The notes under the pieces are model-generated. The model did not search any database. It worked only from the letters and a program-made list of their open reading frames with translations, and was not told the origin of the DNA. This document shows positions 47,552 through 60,048 of a stretch of 64,000 nucleotides of DNA, piece by piece. Numbering within the stretch: position 1 is the stretch's first letter; each line of letters opens with the position of its first letter. The position numbers were made by a program, and so were the translations under genes. Source of the stretch: Monocercomonoides exilis PA203 (Eukaryota > Protista > Preaxostyla); NCBI GenBank assembly GCA_001643675.2, contig LSRY02000009.1, forward strand, positions 372,001-436,000, given 5' to 3'.

Positions 47552-49639
47552 CTACCAACTCACATCTACATATCTCATCGCACTCATTTCCTTTGCCTTC
47601 ACTTCCACAAGTCCATATTCCCTCACAGCAACCACCGCCCCTTTATCTCCACAACGCACTCCAATGTAAAAATCCACATTTCTGGCGACAGGCAGATCCA
47701 CAACCCGATAGCCCTGGTCCTTCCCATTCACAAACACACGCATCGACGCTGGCATTGGCTGTGCAGGCATGTAAATATTCCCATTCGCTGTTCCATGAGC
47801 ACCCAATGCTTGTGCAGCAGCTGAGCCAACAGGGGGCTGATACAGACACTCCGGACTGAGCATCGTCCTGTGTGGCTGTGTGCTCATCCTCAGATCAATC
47901 TCCAGCCCCACAATCATCTGCTGCTCTGGCCATGCATTGCCCTGGATGAGGTTCCTGCTTTCGTGCACAAGTGAGCCGTTCTGCTGCAAGCGCAGACCGT
48001 CTTTGAAGTTGCCAATGGGCTTTGTGTCAGAAACAGAGGAGGCAGAAGAAGAGCTGCTGCCAGAGCCAGACGAATTTGGAACAGCCTGCAGAAAGACAGC
48101 CCACTTCTGGAGAGACGGCACAGCACTCACACATTCTTTGAAATGGGCAGAGTCTGAATAGAACGACGGGGATGAGGGAACAGGAGATGGAGGAGAAAAA
48201 GAAGGAGAAGGAGAATGAAAATGTGGAGGGGGTGGTGGAAGATAAGGGGTTCCATAAGGAGATCCATAAGGGGTGCCATAGGGAGTACCATAAGGAGTAG
48301 TTCTGCCCATCATCTGAGAGACAGACGGAGAACTTGAGGGAGAAAAAGACTGCAAAACTAGTGGAGAAAGGGAAGGCGGTTCGGGGATGAAGAACTGGAA
48401 TTCCACATAGTAGATATATCCACACACGAGTTTCGGGTGCAGAACAATGTTGCGTGTGGGCGGCTGGATCCACTCTGCCAATGAGAGTGCGTTCCACAGA
48501 GAAAACGGGCTGGCCGAAGACCTGTCGAAGGAAAGCTTACGAGAAGCCTCTAAATAAAGAGAATTGTCTTGGCCGAAACTGTTCATTGGGGCGAAAGCTG
48601 ACGGGTAAGAAGTATTAGGTGGATAAGCTCGCAGAGGATTGCAGCAAAATACTTCTTTTGGAGCATTATAATAAAAGGAGCAATTGAGTGTGCAGACTTT
48701 TTGGGGATATCTTTGATAAGCTGTTGATGGGTGAGTTAAAGTGAAAATGACAGAATCCTTCAGTGGAGAACTAATCGAAGACAGCTTAAAGAACTGATAA
48801 GGAGAAGAGACTGGCTCAGAATTAGTTGTGACTGGCTTTGCTGTGGGCTTTGCTATGGGCTTTGTTGGCTGTTTCTGAACTAATGGAAATTGACTTCTAG
48901 CGATATCTTCTCCATTTGATTCAGAAGATTCATCTTTTTCATCAGAAATGAAAGACTTCAAATAAGAAGGAATAATATCATTAAGAACGTTATCATCGTT
49001 AGCCTTCGACTCAAGTTGTTCTAATTTTTTTGGATTTGCTAATAATTCAAATTCCCTAAAAGGGTCAAATTTGGAACGTGTATTCCACGGTGTAAATTTC
49101 TTTTGCTCATTTATTGGCTTTACAAATGCAGGCTTAACCGATTGAACGTATGCGTCTTGTCGTAAATGAGAAGGGGATGGCACTGAATTCGGAAACTGTT
49201 GAGAAATAGATGTCAGCTGCGTTGTGGAAGATTCTAGTGGAAATTGTGGTCTTGAAGCAGAATAAGTCCTTTTTGTTTCTTCAATAAATGAATCGTTTTG
49301 ATATCTCATTGTTGGGCTTGCTCTGTAACTTTCAGTTTTTGGTGAAACATATGACACTGTTGAAGGGCTTGAAAAATTTGTTCTATTGGAGCTGTATGAA
49401 CTTGACTTAAATTCCAAATAGTCACTAAGGCCTCCCCCTCTTTGCTCAAAACCTTTCACTTTCGAAACTGTTTCATCAGCAAGAAAATTTCTTCTTGCAG
49501 GAGGCTGAGCAACAAAAGATTGCGAAGGAATTGCTTTATTATCAAATGATAAATAAGAACGAAATGATTGCTGAGGAGAAGGGGTTGTGGAAGGATATTC
49601 ATTATTATATTTTGTTGAACTAAAATACGGATAGCTCAT
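47552..49639 (-). CDS. Hypothetical S/P-rich protein (695 aa) with a possible C-terminal SPRY-like beta domain
   Basis: Uninterrupted ORF. PYG(T/S) tetrapeptide repeats. C-terminal VGLEIDL...MRVFVNGKDQGY...FYIGV resembles SPRY-like strands. Confidence 0.7.
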   Translation of the reverse strand: MSYPYFSSTKYNNEYPSTTPSPQQSFRSYLSFDNKAIPSQSFVAQPPARRNFLADETVSKVKGFEQRGGGLSDYLEFKSSSYSSNRTNFSSPSTVSYVSPKTESYRASPTMRYQNDSFIEETKRTYSASRPQFPLESSTTQLTSISQQFPNSVPSPSHLRQDAYVQSVKPAFVKPINEQKKFTPWNTRSKFDPFREFELLANPKKLEQLESKANDDNVLNDIIPSYLKSFISDEKDESSESNGEDIARSQFPLVQKQPTKPIAKPTAKPVTTNSEPVSSPYQFFKLSSISSPLKDSVIFTLTHPSTAYQRYPQKVCTLNCSFYYNAPKEVFCCNPLRAYPPNTSYPSAFAPMNSFGQDNSLYLEASRKLSFDRSSASPFSLWNALSLAEWIQPPTRNIVLHPKLVCGYIYYVEFQFFIPEPPSLSPLVLQSFSPSSSPSVSQMMGRTTPYGTPYGTPYGSPYGTPYLPPPPPHFHSPSPSFSPPSPVPSSPSFYSDSAHFKECVSAVPSLQKWAVFLQAVPNSSGSGSSSSSASSVSDTKPIGNFKDGLRLQQNGSLVHESRNLIQGNAWPEQQMIVGLEIDLRMSTQPHRTMLSPECLYQPPVGSAAAQALGAHGTANGNIYMPAQPMPASMRVFVNGKDQGYRVVDLPVARNVDFYIGVRCGDKGAVVAVREYGLVEVKAKEMSAMRYVDVSW

Positions 49640-49734
49640 TTTTCAAGTTTAATTTTATTTAATTTCAGCATATATTTAATAAATATTGGTTATGTTTAAT
49701 CAGGTAATGGATCAGATCATTGAATTAATTTATT
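49640..49734. promoter_or_regulatory. Probable bidirectional promoter (95 bp between divergent ATGs)
   Basis: Head-to-head start codons at 49639 (-) and 49735 (+). Confidence 0.45.
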
Positions 49735-52093
49735 ATGTATTCTCCAACCGATAAGCAAGTGCAATATGAAAGCACTCCTCTGGTTAAGAAAAAAACTGAT
49801 AATCGCTTCGATATCGTGGAGATTGTGATGATTGCCGTTCTTATTGTGTTGACACTTTGCTCTGTTATAGTTTCTGGTATTTCTATTAAAGTTAAAAAGG
49901 GCAATCAAGCATATCCAATTATTCCAATGAAACCAACACCTTCTGATGCTGTGCCGCGAAAATTTGCTGTTTCTTATACACCTCCTATGACGTTGCAAGA
50001 AGATAGAGGAACATGCTGGTATTTGATTTAATTAAAAATTTATAACAAATTATTCTTTTATTTTTTTGTTTTTGAAAAGGTCGCAAGCTATTGTTGGAAT
50101 GCTACAGCATTCTTACAGAAAAAATGGAATAGAAAAAAAATTTTTATCTGATGAACAATATGTTCCTTTCTCAATTCAGGGATATTCAATTTCAATAATC
50201 CGAGAATGTCAAAAGGAAGAAAATATGCACATATGTCGAGGCCTGCAGAATGGACCTGTTATTGATTCAACTTCTGATGGAGAGATTCCTTGGGTTTGTT
50301 GATAAAAATATTAAATGAATTTATTAATTCATATTTTTGAAATGAAAACTTGTTATTTGAAGTTGAAATACTTACCAAATCTCTACACGAAACTTTATCC
50401 ACTTTCTTTGTGCCCGTATCTTCCCACAGATGAAGAGGAATGGACATGCCCAGATTTAGAAGAGGCAGTTAAAAAAGACTTAAACCCAATTCGTTTTAAT
50501 ATCACGAATATGATAACCAGCTATGATGTTGAAGAGACAAAGAAACTTTTGCGGGAGAAAAATGTTGGATTGGGAATTTCAGTGCTTGTTTGGGGAAGTA
50601 AGTATTATATACCATGTCCAGCGAATGATGGAGATGATGATAAAGATTATTCGCCAATATGCAAAGCCGTTAATAATAAAGTGAGCTGCCCGCCGACAAT
50701 CACAAAGAAGAAAGACAGCGACAGATGCGTTGCTCTTGACCAGCCAGGCTACACGGGCGATGGCGAGTGGTATCTGAACACTCGATTTGAGATGGAAGGG
50801 GGACACGCCATGCAGATTGTAGCATACAACGACGGCTGGCGCACGCAGAATGGAGAGCTTGGCGGGTTTGTGATCAAGAACAGTTGGCACGACCAGATCT
50901 ACGAGTGGAACTACGGAAGCCGGAGCGGGAGGGGTGCGCGGGGGTCTCACAGCATCCCCTATTGGATGAGTGAGTATTCGACATGGGACGAGCGGATGGT
51001 GTGTCCGAACGTGCATCTGCCGGAGAACTGGGTCAGCTGCAGCACAATCGAGGCAGGACCGACTGCGCTTTCGAACGGAGCGGGAGAAGAACTAGCGAAT
51101 AGCACGAATCCTGAGGCAGCTAAGTACTCATTGAAGCCGAAGATGAGCGCAGCGATGAAGAAAGATGTGGAGAAGATTATGAAGCGCTATGCCCGAAAAT
51201 CGAATGAGGATCCAAAGACACCTGTGGACCAGTGCCTGAAAGGGAACTTCATGAAGGAGATGTTTGATGTGCTGAAGCAGCCGTTCGAGTTCGAGTGCAA
51301 TCCGAAGACAGCTGATATATATGGATGTGATAATGCCAAGTATAGATACTTTGTGGACAAAATCACATTCAATGAGAATGGATTGGCGACTGGCTATTTT
51401 GTGGGAGTGGAGAAAGCAGATGAGACAAAGTACGCAGACTTCATTGTGAGGGATGTGCCACCGTCGATTCTGGGTGAAGTGCTGAAGCCAGTGGCTGAGC
51501 AGACTGAGGAGAACGATCCAGATAACTGCGGATATTACTTCATGTGTGTTGATTAGCGGTGATTTGTTGTGTTGTTTTTGCTTGATTTGGAATTGTGAAA
51601 TTATGAATTTATTCCCCCCCCCCCAAAAAAAAAAAATAATTATGATAATTGAAATTTTCTTTTTTATTATTCTTCCGTTAACTAATTCTGTTTCGTCACG
51701 AATTATTTGGATCTATTTTTTTGAATTTATCCATTTATGTTTTTCCTTCTTTCTTCATCATTTCTTTTTTCATGTTTTATTTTATTTTATTTTATTTATT
51801 TCTTCTTTCTTTCTTCTTCATTTATTTATTTATTTTATTTTATTTTTCCTTTTCAATACAGTCCATATGACATCCTCCAAAAATCCAACCATGGCGGCAC
51901 CACCTGGTCATCAACCTACTTCGACATCGACTGGGAGGACAGCAGCTATCTCATCAACAAGGACAAATACCCCAAATATGACTATCAATACCTCGAGAAC
52001 TCTGTGCGCAAGCAGAAACGCCACGAATTCGATGGCCCTCTCCCGAATGCAAAGAGACCGAGCAAAAGACGCCAAAGAGGAAGTGATTTGTGA
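49735..52093 (+). CDS. Papain-family (C1A) cysteine protease with an N-terminal membrane anchor, 4 exons
   Basis: Exons 49735-50018, 50080-50293, 50363-51543 and 51862-52093. Catalytic motifs QEDRGTCW, GGHAMQIVAY and FVIKNSW. Hydrophobic segment IVEIVMIAVLIVLTLCSVIVSGISI. Confidence 0.82.
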
Positions 52094-53214
52094 GTTAGGT
52101 GAAGTGAAAAATAAATAAATAAAGATTTTTCTTTTTGTTGATCCAAATGATTGATGAGGTTTTTCTTTTTAATTTAATTTATTTTTTTATTAAAAAAAAA
52201 TGAATAAACAAATTGTCATATTTTGTACAACTTGAATCTTCTTATGAGGTTGTTTGTTATCATTCAGCATCTTTTCAACACACTTTGACATCATTCCACT
52301 TCTTTTCTAACTTTCACACTTTCTTTCTTTTGTCCATGTTTGCTAAAAATACAATGTGTTTTTAATTTCTTCTTCTGATATCTTCACAATTAATAAGAGA
52401 AATCTTCTTTCCTTTCCTTTCCTTTGTTTTTTTAACGATTTTTATTTTATTCCTTGTCAGGCAGGGGCTTATTTACATATCTCCACTTTTCTTTTTCTTT
52501 CTTTATTTTTTTCTGTCTCTTCCTTATCATTCCTACAGCTTCTGCTTGAGAGTTGCTAAAGTTCTTTGAGTCTTTCATTCTTTCTTGTTTGTTTTTTTCT
52601 TTTTATCATTTAGCTTTTATTTATTCCACCATCCTTTTTAACAAATAATGCTTTCCTGTTCAACAAAATCTTGAAATAAAAATTAAAATTAATAAAATAA
52701 AATAAAATAAATATTAAATGAAGAGCTTATCAGTTTCAAACAAAATTGTTATCCACTTTTCATATTTTAAATTTTTGAATTTAGGATTAAAATGAAACAT
52801 TATTTTGGAAATTGAATTACACAAAAAAATGAAAAAAGGAAAAAAAGGAAAAAAAAAACGAGAAAAAAAATATTAAAGAAAATTAAACGAACATTAAAAG
52901 AAAAGGAGAAGTTTAAAGAAAAAAGAAAGAAAGTTACGATATTTGTAAAAAATTAGCCTGATTAACACAAGTGTTCTACACAAGCACCACTAAAAACATC
53001 ATCAACTGCAAAGCTTACAAAGAACTCCTTCCAAAAAGAGAAGAACAATATCAGTCAGATATCAATCTATAAAACGCAAAAAGAAAAAAGAAAATAGATA
53101 AAGTATCCAAGTTAATAAACTTAAAACTAATACTCGCTTATTTTCTTTATTTTTATAGAATAGAAACAATTAATACATAAAAAATTAAACTTTTATTGAA
53201 TAAACCACACTTTT

Positions 53215-55140
53215 TTATTTTCTTCTCCCAACTTCTCTATCTGTTTTCGGTGCTCCTCTTCCCACACCTGCACCCTTTCCACTTCCTCCTCTTCCACCTC
53301 CTCCTCTTCCTTCTCCTCCTCTTCCTCCTCCTCTCCCTTTGCTGCTTTCATCTGCTCTGCCTCCTTCTCGTGCTGATAACTGACCACCACCACCTCCTCT
53401 TCCACCACCACCACCTCCTCCTCTTCCCCTCGCAAATGGCGAAGACGTCACAATCGACAACTGAAATGCTGATGATTGCTCTTGTTGTTGTTGCTGCTGT
53501 TGTTGTTTCTGTTGTTGATTCTGTTTCTGTTGCTGTTGTTCTCTTTGTGACTCGTCCCTCTGCTGCAGCACTTGCTTCGTCAGCCACAGCTTCTTCCTCT
53601 GCTCCTCTATTTCTCTGTTGATCCTGTCCATCTGCTCTTCAATCGTCTGGTTCTTGTACTGCCTGTGCGACTGCGGAGCAGCTGAAGCTGAAGCTGATCC
53701 AGAAACAGAAGCAGAAGCAGAAGCAGAGGAAGAAATTGTGTTGTCTTCTTCTTTTCCTTCTTCTGCCTTTGAAGAGTCTTTTCCTTTCCCCTTTGCACTT
53801 CCTCTTCCTCTTCCTCTTCCACGTGAACCATCTTTCTTCGTATCATCAGCCAAACTTGCACTGCTTCGTGTTAGTTCTCCTTCTCCTTCTCCTTCCTCTT
53901 TCCTCTCCTTCTCGCTTCTCCTCTGCCTCCTTCTTTTTGTCCTCCCCATTTTGGGGCTGGCGCCTTCATCGTTGTTTGCTCCTTCGTTTTCTGTTGCTTC
54001 TACTGCCGCTGCTGCCCTCTGTTTTTGTTCCTGTTCTTTCTTCTTCTTCTTTTCGGTGGCTCGCTTCTGCCTCGCCTGCTCCAGCTCCATCATAAATGCC
54101 TCATGCTCTTCTTTCTCTGCTTTGTGCTCTTCTTCTTCTTCTTCTTTCTCTTCTTTCTCCTTCTCTTTCTCTTTCTCTCTTCTCTTCTTCTCTTCTTTGC
54201 TTAATGGTTCATTGGCAACTTTCCCTCCTTTTTGCTTCGATTGTTCTGCTTGCATCTTTTCTCCTTCCTTTTTCGTTGATTTATTCACTTCTCCATTCTT
54301 CGGGCTTGTTGTAGCTATGCTTTCAGCTTCTTGTACCACTTCGCTTTCCATCTTGCTCTGTTCCATTTCTTTCTTCTTTGCCATTCTTCTTCTTCTCCTT
54401 CGCATCGATGGAGAATCTGTTGCTTTTGTGTCTGTTGTTTGTTGCAGCACATTCATCTGACTGTTTTGGGCGTCTGTGGAAGAAGAAGAAGAGGAAGGGG
54501 AAGATGTGGAGGAAGAGGAAGAAGAAGCAGGGTTATCTGTAAATGCCTGCTTAATGTGTTCGCTTTTTGCTTCTTCTTCTTCTTCTTCTTCTTCTTCTTC
54601 ATTTGTGGTATCATATTGTGTCTCATTCTTCTTCTTCTTCTTCACATCAGAAACACTTTCACTTTTAGATTCCTCAATTTCATTATCTTTCTCAATCATC
54701 CCTTTCCTTATGCTTCCTCCTCCTCCTCCTCCTCTTCTAACGTCTCTTTGCTTTGCTGGGCTTTCCATCACTTTCTTATCTGTTTGCTTCACATTCACTT
54801 TCTCTCTTCCATTGCTCTTCCTCTGATTATCTTTGCTATTATTACAATTGTTATTACTATTTCTATTACTGATGCTACTGAAATCGCTTCCACTTCCTTT
54901 TCCTCCCATCAGAAGTGCCTGTGATGCCTTTGTTGATCCCAAATCAGAGTCGCTTGCACTCCTCAACAGCCCCCTCCTCTGCTGCACCATCTTCTTCGAT
55001 GCTCCTTTCTCTCCTTCTCCTTCTCCTTCTCCTTCTTTTCCCATCTTCTCTTTCTTCCTCCCACCTTCTCCTCCATCCTTCATCAGCCTCGCTGTCTCTG
55101 CAATATGCACAGATCCTTCTCCTTCTCCTCCTTCTTCTCC

Positions 55141-55180
<40 letters not shown>

Positions 55181-56629
55181 CTGCTGATTTCCTCATCATT
55201 CAATTGTTCTGCTATCTCATCCATTGCTGACTGAAGATTCAGTTTTTGAATAGCAGCTCCTCTTTCTCCTCTTTCTCCTCTTTTCCTCTTCTGTTCTGCT
55301 TGTTGGCTCAGCATCGCATTCTGCCTGATGACAAGATTCGGGTTTGGTTGCCGTTCAAACGGAGACTTCTGCTTTTGCTGCTGTGAATGGAATTGCTTCA
55401 AGGGAGAATTGGAAGAGGAAGAGGAAGAAGAAGAAGAAGAGGAGGAGGAGGAGGAGGAGGAAGGAGGTGCAAACAGATTGGCGGGTGGTTTCTTTTCTCT
55501 TGCGGAGACAGAGCGAGGAGGATGGGGCTTTGAAGCATAGTTGATTTTGGTGGCGGAAAGAGAAGTAGCAATGGAGGAAGGGTTGGCTGTGGAAACTGTG
55601 CTAAGAGGAGAAGAAGAAGAAGAAGGTTGAGTAATAGAATCAGAAGCAGATGAAGATGAAGAAGTATTAGAAGAAGAAGAAGATGCAATCAGTGCCTTTG
55701 TCGTAACAAGCGCTGTTGCAGGAGAAGCAGCATCAGACTGAATTGCAGAGCCAACAGAAGAAAGATGAGCAGGCGGAGAAGAAAGAGAATGGCCGACGTG
55801 TTTTTTGAACTGGGAATTGTATGAGTTGCTGTATGAGTTGCATGAGTTCTGTGCTTTGGCGTCTTTTGGTGAATGGGAAAGAGAAGAAAGAGAAGAAGAG
55901 GAAGAAGAGGAAGAAGAGGAAGAAGAGGGGGAGGAAGAAGAATGAGAAGGAGAAGATTGAGTGATTCCAATTCCTCTGACAGAAAGAGGAGGAGCAAAAG
56001 CAGAAGAAAGAGGGATGGAAGGAGGAGACAGAAGGGTTTGCTCTGTTTTCTTGTTCCATTGCTTCTCTTTGGATAAGCTGTAGTTGATGGAAGAACGACG
56101 AGAAGGAGAAGAAGAATTAGAATTCGAAGAAGAAGAAGAATTAGAAGGAACAGTTGGCCTGTCAGTGAGTGATTGAGATGTTCCAGTGATTAGAAAAGAA
56201 GAAATAGGAACAAGTGCTTTAGATGATGCATGGTTGGCAGGGTTAAATGAACGAGGAGAGGAAAGAGAAGAATAATTAGGTTGATTCGAAGAGGAAGAAG
56301 AAGAAGAGGAGGAAGAAGAAGAAGAAGAAGAACTTATCTTTTTCGCAGGAGAGATCGAAAACTGCTTTCTTCTATCAGGAGGAGGGGAATGATGCAATGG
56401 AGAAGTGGAGAAAGAATGGTGTGTTCCAGATGGAGTAGAGAATTGTGTGTGTGCATGAGCAGATGGGGTTGAAGGAGAAGAGGGAGAGGAAGAAGAAGAA
56501 GAAGATGATGATGATGATGATTGTTGAATTGGTTGGTAAGAAGAAGAAGAAGAAGAAGAAATATTAAGAGAACGAGCAGGAGAAGGAGAAGAAGAGGAAG
56601 AAGAGGAAGAAGAGGAAGAAGAGAAAATG

Positions 56630-56661
<32 letters not shown>

Positions 56662-57193
56662 AGTTGGAGTAATAGCAACAGAAGAGGAGGAGGAAGAAGG
56701 AGGAGGGATGGCAGTTGAGACAACAACAGGAACAGGAAGAGAAGGATGAGCAGAATAAAATGAGAGAGAACGAGAATGAGAAGAAGAGGAGGAGGAAGAA
56801 GAAGAAGAAGAAGTAATGGAAGATGGAGAAGAAGAGGAAGAAAAAGCAGCAGCAGCAGAAGAAGAAGAAGAAGGTATAGAAAAGAGAGATTTGTTGTTTG
56901 CTATCCCTTTTCGTGGCTGAATCTGATTGTCATTTTGAGCAAGTGACTTCGAATTAGCAGCTGGCTTCTTGAATTTCGAATTAAACCCTTCTTTTTCTTC
57001 ATTTGCATTCATTTTCGCTATCATCATCGTCTTCTTTTGCTGCTGCTGCTGCTGCTGTTTCTGCTTATCTGTTTGCTTCTCATTCATTTTATTTCTGATG
57101 TTCTTATAGTTCAATTGATTTTGGTCGTGATTTGGCTTCTTTGGCTGAGGAGACAAGAAAGAAGAATGAAGATTGATGTTATTATTGTGTGGA

Positions 57194-57224
<31 letters not shown>

Positions 57225-57840
57225 AATGAGAAGAAGAAGAATGAGAAAAGGAAGAAGAAGAAGAAGAAGAAGAAGAAGAAGAAGGTTGTGGAGAAATAGA
57301 GCGAAGAGGAGGAAGAGGAAGAGAATTTTTGGAAGAAGAAGAAGATGAGGAGGAGGAGGAGGAAGAAGAAGGAAAAGGAGAAGGAGATAAATGATTACGT
57401 GCTTGAGAAGAAGAAGAGGAAGAAGAGGAAGATGATGATGATGAAATGATGTTGTGTGTGTTTTGTGTGAATTGAGAAGGAGAAGTGATGCGAAGTGGAG
57501 GCAGTTTTGATGAATTGGATGGATCTTTCTGTGGAACAGAAGAAGAAGAAGAAGAAAGAGAAGAAGAAGATGATGATGATGATGAATTTGTTTTCATTAC
57601 ATTATCTTTCTTCTTCTTTTTGTTCTGATTTGATGATGATGAGGAGGAGGAGGAAAAGGAGGAAGAGGAAGAAGAAGAAGAAGAAGTTTTAGAAGAGGAG
57701 GAAGAAGAAGAAGATGATGATGATATTGGAGAAATAGCAGGAGGAGCAATGCTAACAAGAAACGTGTCTGTACCTTCATCATTATCGATTGGAATAACTG
57801 GCTCTTCTGAAAGAGAAGAAGGAGTTGGATGTTGTGGAAG

Positions 57841-57873
<33 letters not shown>

Positions 57874-59100
57874 AACAGGTTTCAATGAATTAATCTTGCA
57901 TTTATTTCTTTTTTGTTCTTCTTCTCCTTCTCCTTCTCCTCTTCTTCCTCCTCCTCCTTCTTCTTCTTCTTTACCATTGTTCTTCCCTTCTGCCTCTTTA
58001 ATATCCAATGGTTGTTCTAATCCAGATGATAATGTGGATGAAGAAGGCACTTCTGTCAGTTGTTGAGGCTGTTGAAGAGAAGAAGAAGAAGAAGAAGAAG
58101 AAGAAGAAGAAGGGGGAAGAGAAAGAGGAGAAGAGGAAGAGGAAGAGGAAGAAGAAGATGATGATGATGATGATGAAAGAAGAATAGGTGGCATTGAAGC
58201 GCATCGAGATGTTGGAGCATTCAACATAACATCTTCTTCTTCCTCTTCTTCAGCATCTTCCTCTTCTTCTCCTTCTCCATTGTTGTTGTTTTTGTTTCTT
58301 TTGCTCTGCTTCATCTTCATCTCTGGTATCACCGAAGCTGAAGCACTTCTTTCAATACCCAATGAATGAGAAAGAGAAGAAGGAGAAGGAGATAGAGAAA
58401 GAGAAGAAGAAGAAGAAGAATGTTTGGCATTAGCATCATTAGCAGACACAGTACAGACAGACGCAATGATGCCAGCGAATGCTGTGTGAACAGCAGGAGG
58501 AGAAGAGATTTCGAGGTTGGAGTGGAGAGGAGGGGCTGAGGAGATGAGTGGGGGTTGAGAAGAAGAAGAGGAGGAGGAGGAAGAAGAGGAAGAAGAGGAG
58601 GAGGAGGAGGAAGAAAAAGAAGAAGGAAGATTCATTTGATTCAAATTGTGAGGCTTGAGAGCAACAGGATTGGCTACAGGGATGGGGTGGTTGAAAGGGT
58701 GCATGTCAACAGATTGGACAGCATTGAATGGTGTGAATGAGGAAGAAGAGGAAGAGGAAGAAGAAGAAGACACTTTATTGTCTCCTTCCCCTTCTTCATC
58801 ACTGAAAACTTGCTTGTTCTCTTCATTTCCCCTTATCTGCTTCGTTTCTTTTCCTTCCCTTCCTTCCCTCCCTTCCCTTCCCTTCTTCTTCTTCTTCTTC
58901 TTCTTCTCCATCTCTTCTGCCTGCACCAGCTGAGCAGTCAATGAAATAGCTACTTTTCCCAACAATTGCCTCTCCACCTGTTGCATAGCAATGAAACGAT
59001 GGAGTTCCAGGTTGTGTTTGATTAAGGCAGCATTGTCTGCTTTTGACTGGGAGAGCTGGAAGCGGAGGAGAGAAGGAGAAGAAGAAGAAAGAGAAGAAGG

Positions 59101-59136
<36 letters not shown>

Positions 59137-60013
59137 AGCGGAAGCTACCATCTGCCCTATGCATTGGCTGATTACTTCGTTCGTTTTGTGTCTGAGCGTT
59201 TCCTTCAGCTTCTCATTGGCAGCATTCGCTTCCTCCACCTCTTTCTTCTCTTTCTTCAATGAAGATATCTTGTTTTCTATGATTGCCAGCTGTTCTTGCA
59301 GTTCTGTTTTGGAAATGTTACTAAATTCTTTCTTAAACTGGGAAATGGTGTTATCTTGTGATGATGATGATGATGATGATGGAGAAGAAGAAGAAGAAGA
59401 AGAGAATTTCGCCATCGCTTCCTTCACCCCCGTCTTCCTCCTCTCCATCTCGTTCTCTCTCTCACATATGTTCTTCATCTTCTCCTCTATCCTGACTGCT
59501 TCATTGAATGCATTTGCTATTTCTTCACTCAGCCACGCGACGTCTGTTTGCAGCGAAGGAGGAAGAACAAGAGAAGAAGAAGGAAGAAAAGAAGTCAACG
59601 AAAGAGGAGAAGAAGAGCCATCGACACATTGAGACGGGTTGAGAAGGAGATGGCAGGTGGAATCAGAAGGGAAGGAAGAATTAGCTTTGGATGAAGAAGA
59701 AGAAGAAGAAGCAGAAGAAGAGGAAGAAGAAGAGGAAATTGAATTTTGATTAGGAAATGTTTGTTTTTGCATCTGCTTCATATTCTGTTCCATTTGCTTG
59801 TTATTCTCCTTCTCTTTCTCCTCTTTCTCCTCTTTCTCCTCTTTCTCCTCTTTCTCCTCTTTCTCCTTCTTCTGTATGTTGTATTCATTCACAATCTCAT
59901 TCAATCTTTCTGTGCTGCGTGTCACTTCTTCATCAAGCAGAGTGGTGCTGATGAGCAGAAGATGCTCGATGGCTCTGATCTCAGCTGGGGTGGAGAGGGT
60001 GATGGAGGAAGAA

Positions 60014-60048
<35 letters not shown>

